The notes below the pieces were generated by a model. It did no database searches, was not told the origin of the DNA, and saw only the letters and a program-made list of their open reading frames with translations. From Zootoca vivipara (Eukaryota), in NCBI RefSeq assembly GCF_963506605.1, contig NC_083282.1, positions 83,824,001 to 83,888,000 on the forward strand: a DNA stretch of 64,000 bases, read 5' to 3'. Of the stretch, positions 59,271 to 64,000 are shown piece after piece. Both the position numbers and the translations under genes were made by a program. Position 1 is the first letter of the stretch. Every line of letters starts with the position of its first letter.

Positions 59271-61857
59271 CACACACACACACACACACGGGCTTGGCTT
59301 TGCTCTCTTCACAATACATTTACCTATCAGGTTTTCTTTAAGGGGTATGTACACCCTCAGTGGTGGAGCTTCATACTCCGGCACTGGGGGCAGAGAGCAG
59401 GCGGGGGTGGGGCTGGCGCATGTTCTGGGGGAGTGGCGTGGTGCCCGTAGGGGCGTGGCGCCCATTGTGGGGGCGTGGGGCCCAGCACGGATGGGCGGGC
59501 GCAGCCGCAATGGCGCCCTCGCATTTGCGCTGCCCGGGGCAGAGTGCCCCTATCGTCCTGCCCTTCCTACGCCCCTGTACACCCTCCGAGGCACATTAGG
59601 CCAACAAACAGGGTTGGCTCATCCATGAGGTGGACTGAAGCAGCTGCCTTGGGTGACTGAATCCCCAGGTGGCAAAATGAGAAAGGCTGCCCCTGCCAAT
59701 AAATATTGACTACTCCAAGCTCACCAGCCATATGTTCTATGTTTTGCATTACTTCATCTCCAGCCAGCTCCTCCCATGGAGCAGTAGCCTTTGTATTCGT
59801 ACTCACGGTGGCTGTTCTGATGTCATCAAAGTGTGTTTTCTTCTGTAGCTCCTTGTACAGTTCTCCTCCTGGAGCATATTCTAACATCAGAAAAACCCGG
59901 GTCTGGTCATGGAAATAGTTATACATCCTTAAGATATTTGGGTGTCTAGGCAGTTTTTTTGTTTAAAGGAAAAAAGGAGAGGACCTGTGGTTTAGGTCAC
60001 ATAAGAAGTAAGCCGCTGTGATAGGTAGACAAAATATACAAGGTCTACATACTACATATGAATGTACTAAGCAGATTCCCAAATTGCCCCATCCAGGAAG
60101 AAGATACTATTGAGATACAAGTTGCATTTGAATCACTCAATGCATGCTCCCTTGGAAGCAAATCTCCATTATGTTCAGTGGGGCTTACTCTTAGGCAGAC
60201 GGCGGGCATAAGATTGCAGCTGAAACTAAGGATGCAATCCTATGCACCAACCTGGTGTCCTCCAGATGTTTTGGACTACATAACATCTACATAATGTTTC
60301 AGAGGTGATAATGAGGCTTTCCATGGTTTGACAGATTTAGCACAGAGCAGGTATGCAGACCACGTGGCCCTCTAGATCCTGATGGACTATAATTCCTCAA
60401 CATGCTCTACCAAAGCAAGGTTCCTTAGCTCAGTGGTAAGCACCTGCACTGCATGCAGAAGGCCCTACCTTGTAGCTATTATGATGTTGATGATTTAATT
60501 ACCGTATTTTTCTGTGTATAAGACTAGGTTTTTTAACCAAAAAATTAGGTTTAAAATTGGGGCCCGCCTTATACACGGGTAGTGCTGAGGGGTGTTTTCT
60601 TAATTTGGAGTCCCCAAAAATAAGGGGCGTCTTATACTTGGGGACGTCTTATGTACGGGAAAATACGGTAATTAAATTTGTTAGCCACTTTATCTTTTCC
60701 AAGGAAACACAAAGTGACTTGCAACCAACCAACTCACCAAACCACAGATACATTAAAACAAAAGGGGGGGGGGAATACATTTAAAAAATCAGTGCCTAGC
60801 ATCTTCAGGTGGGGCTAGGAAAGACTATTGTCTGAAACTTCAGAGCTGCTGCCAGTTAACACATAGTACTGGATGAAGTAATCATAAATGAACCAATCAT
60901 AGAGTTTGAAGGGACCCCAAGGGTCACCAACTCCAACCCCCTGCAATGCAAGAATCTCAGCTAAAGCATCCATGACAGATGGCTATCCAATGGTCTGACT
61001 CTGTATGAGGCAGCTGCCTCTGCATTCAGTTGCTTTACCTGAGGTGACTTAAGATTTCTATTTCTCTTCTGAGCTGGTGCTCTAGCTGAGATTTTTCCAG
61101 CAATGATTTGAAAATGACTTTCAAGGCCAAGATGAAGTGAGTTTTTTTCTCCCGGGCCAAGTACACTGCTCCAAATCTCCCCTTGCCAAGTGGCTTGCCA
61201 AATTCAAAGTCTGAGGTGCCCCACATTTTCCTGTAAATCAAAGGGGGCAGTTAAAATCAATGACTAAACCAAGAGAAATATACATTTCCTTTACCAGCAT
61301 GATAATACATCTGGATAATCCCCATCTCTGATGCAGCACTGCTGCCCTCCAGGATCATGTGCTCAGGGGGAGGTTGGCCAGTGTGCTCAGTGACCATGGT
61401 CACATTATCTGCACAGGAGTGTAGCATGTAAAGGGGGAGGACTCTGAATACTTGGGCAGAGGTGTCACAGGTAGTCCAAGCAGGACATGCTGGAGTAGAC
61501 TGATAAGTAAATGCAAGGCAGTTTTCTTATGACTGATCAGGGGCATTGTAATTAAAATATGTCACTGAGAAGATTAAACAAAAATCCATCAAGATATTGC
61601 ACCTGTAAAGAAAGTAGAAGGCAGGCAAAGGTTGACAAAAGGTACATAACCACAGAAAAAAGCACAATGTGTGTACAAGATACACACACCTAGTTTCTAA
61701 CTCAGTATTCAAAGCCATTCTTAAATGCAACATGGCAGAAGATTCCTCCAGTATAATAGTCATAACCAGACACTTTTAAATAGTTACCTGGGAAGCAGAG
61801 AACCAGAGTCACGTTGGGCATTTTCTTGAGATCCATTTTCTTGAGATCCATTTTCTT
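55723..61857 (-). CDS. Aurora kinase B/C-like serine/threonine kinase; 5' exon(s) not located
   Basis: Exons 61857-61788 (probable), 61230-61039, 59945-59807, 57443-57295, 57058-56884, 55896-55723. The 192/139/149/175-nt sizes are typical of Aurora genes. Intact GxGx[20 protein letters not shown] and APE motifs; C-terminus [21 protein letters not shown]. Confidence 0.92.
58785..59030 (-). mobile_element. tRNA-derived SINE (squamate Squam3/MIR-like)
   Basis: Minus strand gagagccagtgtggtgtagtcgttaagagtggtag... head and (CTT)n tail. Older related copies at ~11940-12150, ~27920-28090 and ~50440-50560. Confidence 0.65.
59212..59289. repeat. (GACA)n(CA)n compound microsatellite
   Basis: Directly visible tandem repeat. 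Confidence 0.95.
59358..59577. mobile_element. GC-rich non-autonomous hAT-type element
   Basis: CAG...CTG ends; perfect 8-bp TSD tacaccct. Confidence 0.7.
60500..60670. mobile_element. pogo/Tigger-like MITE
   Basis: ta-ccgtattttt...tataagac and gtcttatgtacgggaaaatacgg-ta inverted termini. Confidence 0.75.
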
Positions 61858-64000
61858 CTGCAATAACAATTGCACCAACTTAGAGGCATGATGTGATGGG
61901 CAGTAGTTATGGATCTAGTTAAAGTACTTTTCATGTAACTGAATTGCTGTACAATGGACCCTCCGGATATGAATTAAATTCATTCCGTGGATGCTTCTGC
62001 AACCCGAAAAGTCCGTAGGCAGAGGTGCCACTTCTGCGCACACACATGGCGTGATTGAGCGCACATGCACGTGCGGCAGGGAGTATATACTTCCTCGTTT
62101 GCCACGTTCGTAACCCAAAAATTACATATCCAGAGTGGTATGTAACTAGAGGGCCCATTGTATACGTAATAAGTACTTTTTCAAAAGCTGTTCAAACTAT
62201 AATTGAACTGCTTTTGTTGGTCCTTAACTAGCATAATTTAATCATTATTTTCCTCCTTTTGGGAGGGGGGCAAACTTGTTTATGTAACTCGCTATCATCC
62301 TGAAAGCTCTATATAACTACAAACAAATACACAAAATCAGTCACTAAGAAGAAAACAAGCATGTTTGAAATTAACAGCAGAAAGGTGTGGTGATCTCCAC
62401 CCCTTCCATGACTACCACTCGTAGTTGCTCTGCCTACAATAAAAAAAACACACACACATAGTGACATAGCTTTATAAAAGCAATCCAGGTTGCCCATGTT
62501 TGCTGCTTCACACTCAGCATCTCTTTTCAGTGTGTTTTTGTACATAAGCAGCTAAGGAGTTCAATTAGCTTTATCAAGTGAATGCAAAAATCTAAATTAC
62601 AAATGTTAGTTCTCCACAAACAGTGCAAGATGCTCCAAGGTGATTTAAGTCTCCTGAGGAAACACTAAATTGCACTGCAATGGTTTTACAAAAGCATTAC
62701 AAACCAAACACTACTGTTAATATGCTGGAGGGTATACCGTTGTTTCTCTGCTTACAGGATTGCTATTGTAAAACACAGCTTAAGAGAGCAATAAGGAAAT
62801 CAGTGTACTGGCACATAATTTTGTACTAGAGGAGGAGAGAATTAGAGAATTATAAAAGCAATCAAGACAGAAAAAAGATCTCCAGTTCTGGAAAGAACTA
62901 GTAAGTGCAGCACTAAGAACACAAGGAGGTAAGAGTGCTAGATGAGGCCATCTATTTCAGCATCTTGTTATAGGAAGCCTGCAAGCAGGACCCGAGGGCA
63001 ACAGTACTCTCCCTTCCTGCAGTTTCCAGCAACTGGAATTCAGAAGCTTACTGCCTCCAACAGTGGAGATTGAACATAGTCATCATAGTTATCCTCCCTG
63101 AATTTGTCTTTTCCTTTGTTAATGCTATCCAAGTTGCTGGCCATCACAGCCTCTTGTGGGAGCAGATTCCATAGTTTAACCATGCGTTTGGGAAGCAGGA
63201 CAGAAGAAAGTTATCCTAAAGAAGACATGAAGAAGCAGAAGAAAAGGAACAGAGCCAAGAAATGCAAGAGTGGACTTAAAATTGCCTACACGTTCCTCAA
63301 GAAAGGAGTGACTACCGTAATTCATCTTACCCCTTGCCCATGAAGCACAACGGAAGCCATCTTTTCCTACTAAGTCTGGGGCCTATTGGGACGAGAGGTG
63401 GAAGTTGCATCATAAAGTGGAGGAAGCTCAGGCAGAATGAGGCAGTTACCTCAGGAAGCTTATTTTGAGTATCATGAAAAGGCAAATTGCTCATTATTTC
63501 ATTTATTATTGTGCCCCCAATGAGATACATTTATGGGATTCTCTGCTGCAAACTGCTGAAATAACTTTTTCAGCCATGACATTGATGTAACTGATTGTTC
63601 TGCTACAAGAAACGTGGCACGATGTCCCCATATTGCTTAACGGATACAAATGTCACTCACTGACAGCCACTCCCTCAACGAAAGGTGATAGGGCTAGTGG
63701 GGAGCTAACATGTTTAATCTCCACAAAGTTGAATGCAACTACAGCAGCCATGATTCCATGTAACCTGTTTGCAACTGCTGTCTTGGTTATAGTTCTGAAA
63801 GTATGTTTAATGCTGATTAACGTCTACATACCACCTTGTCGTCAACAACAACAACAACAAAACTACTGTAAATACTAACTGGACAGAACTAGAAAATTAT
63901 ATAGAATCCCTTGAATTCCTATATCCTACTGCAGTGTTTATCATTGCAGGGTATTTTAATGCACACATGGGAGTCAACAATGTAAATTTGTACACCCATT

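Noticed and set aside
58903-59628. 241-aa ORF with TDRQ repeats
   Set aside because: Read-through of a SINE, a microsatellite and a GC-rich transposon.
55723-61230. Calling the kinase AURKA because human AURKA lies on 20q13
   Set aside because: The diagnostic residues and C-terminus are B/C-type.
63450-63494. Candidate Aurora start exon MSNLPFHDTQNKLPE|gtaact
   Set aside because: Plausible size and phase, but no homology and no convincing phase 0-to-1 bridging exon; left unannotated.

Overview
Eukaryotic genomic DNA from a squamate, probably a lacertid lizard (inferred from Sauria SINEs, BovB, CR1, Penelope-like pieces and hAT/pogo MITEs). The window is syntenic with human 20q13.32. I reconstructed four complete intron-containing genes exon by exon: CTSZ (-, 303 aa), TUBB1 (+, 461 aa), ATP5F1E (-, 51 aa) and PRELID3B (-, 194 aa). 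Three items are not explained by the human gene order. (1) A second CTSZ-like first exon with its own CpG/TATA promoter at 1.3-1.4 kb, i.e. a tandem paralog running off the left edge. (2) Minus-strand exon-like blocks between PRELID3B and ATP5F1E, including a ~970-nt exon of 11-residue Ser-rich 'SLDLSS' repeats; this looks like an unannotated, possibly decaying gene. (3) An intact but divergent Aurora B/C-type kinase gene upstream of PRELID3B, away from the usual AURKB locus. There is one 197-nt assembly gap. No database searches were run, and comparisons to human or Xenopus proteins are from memory.
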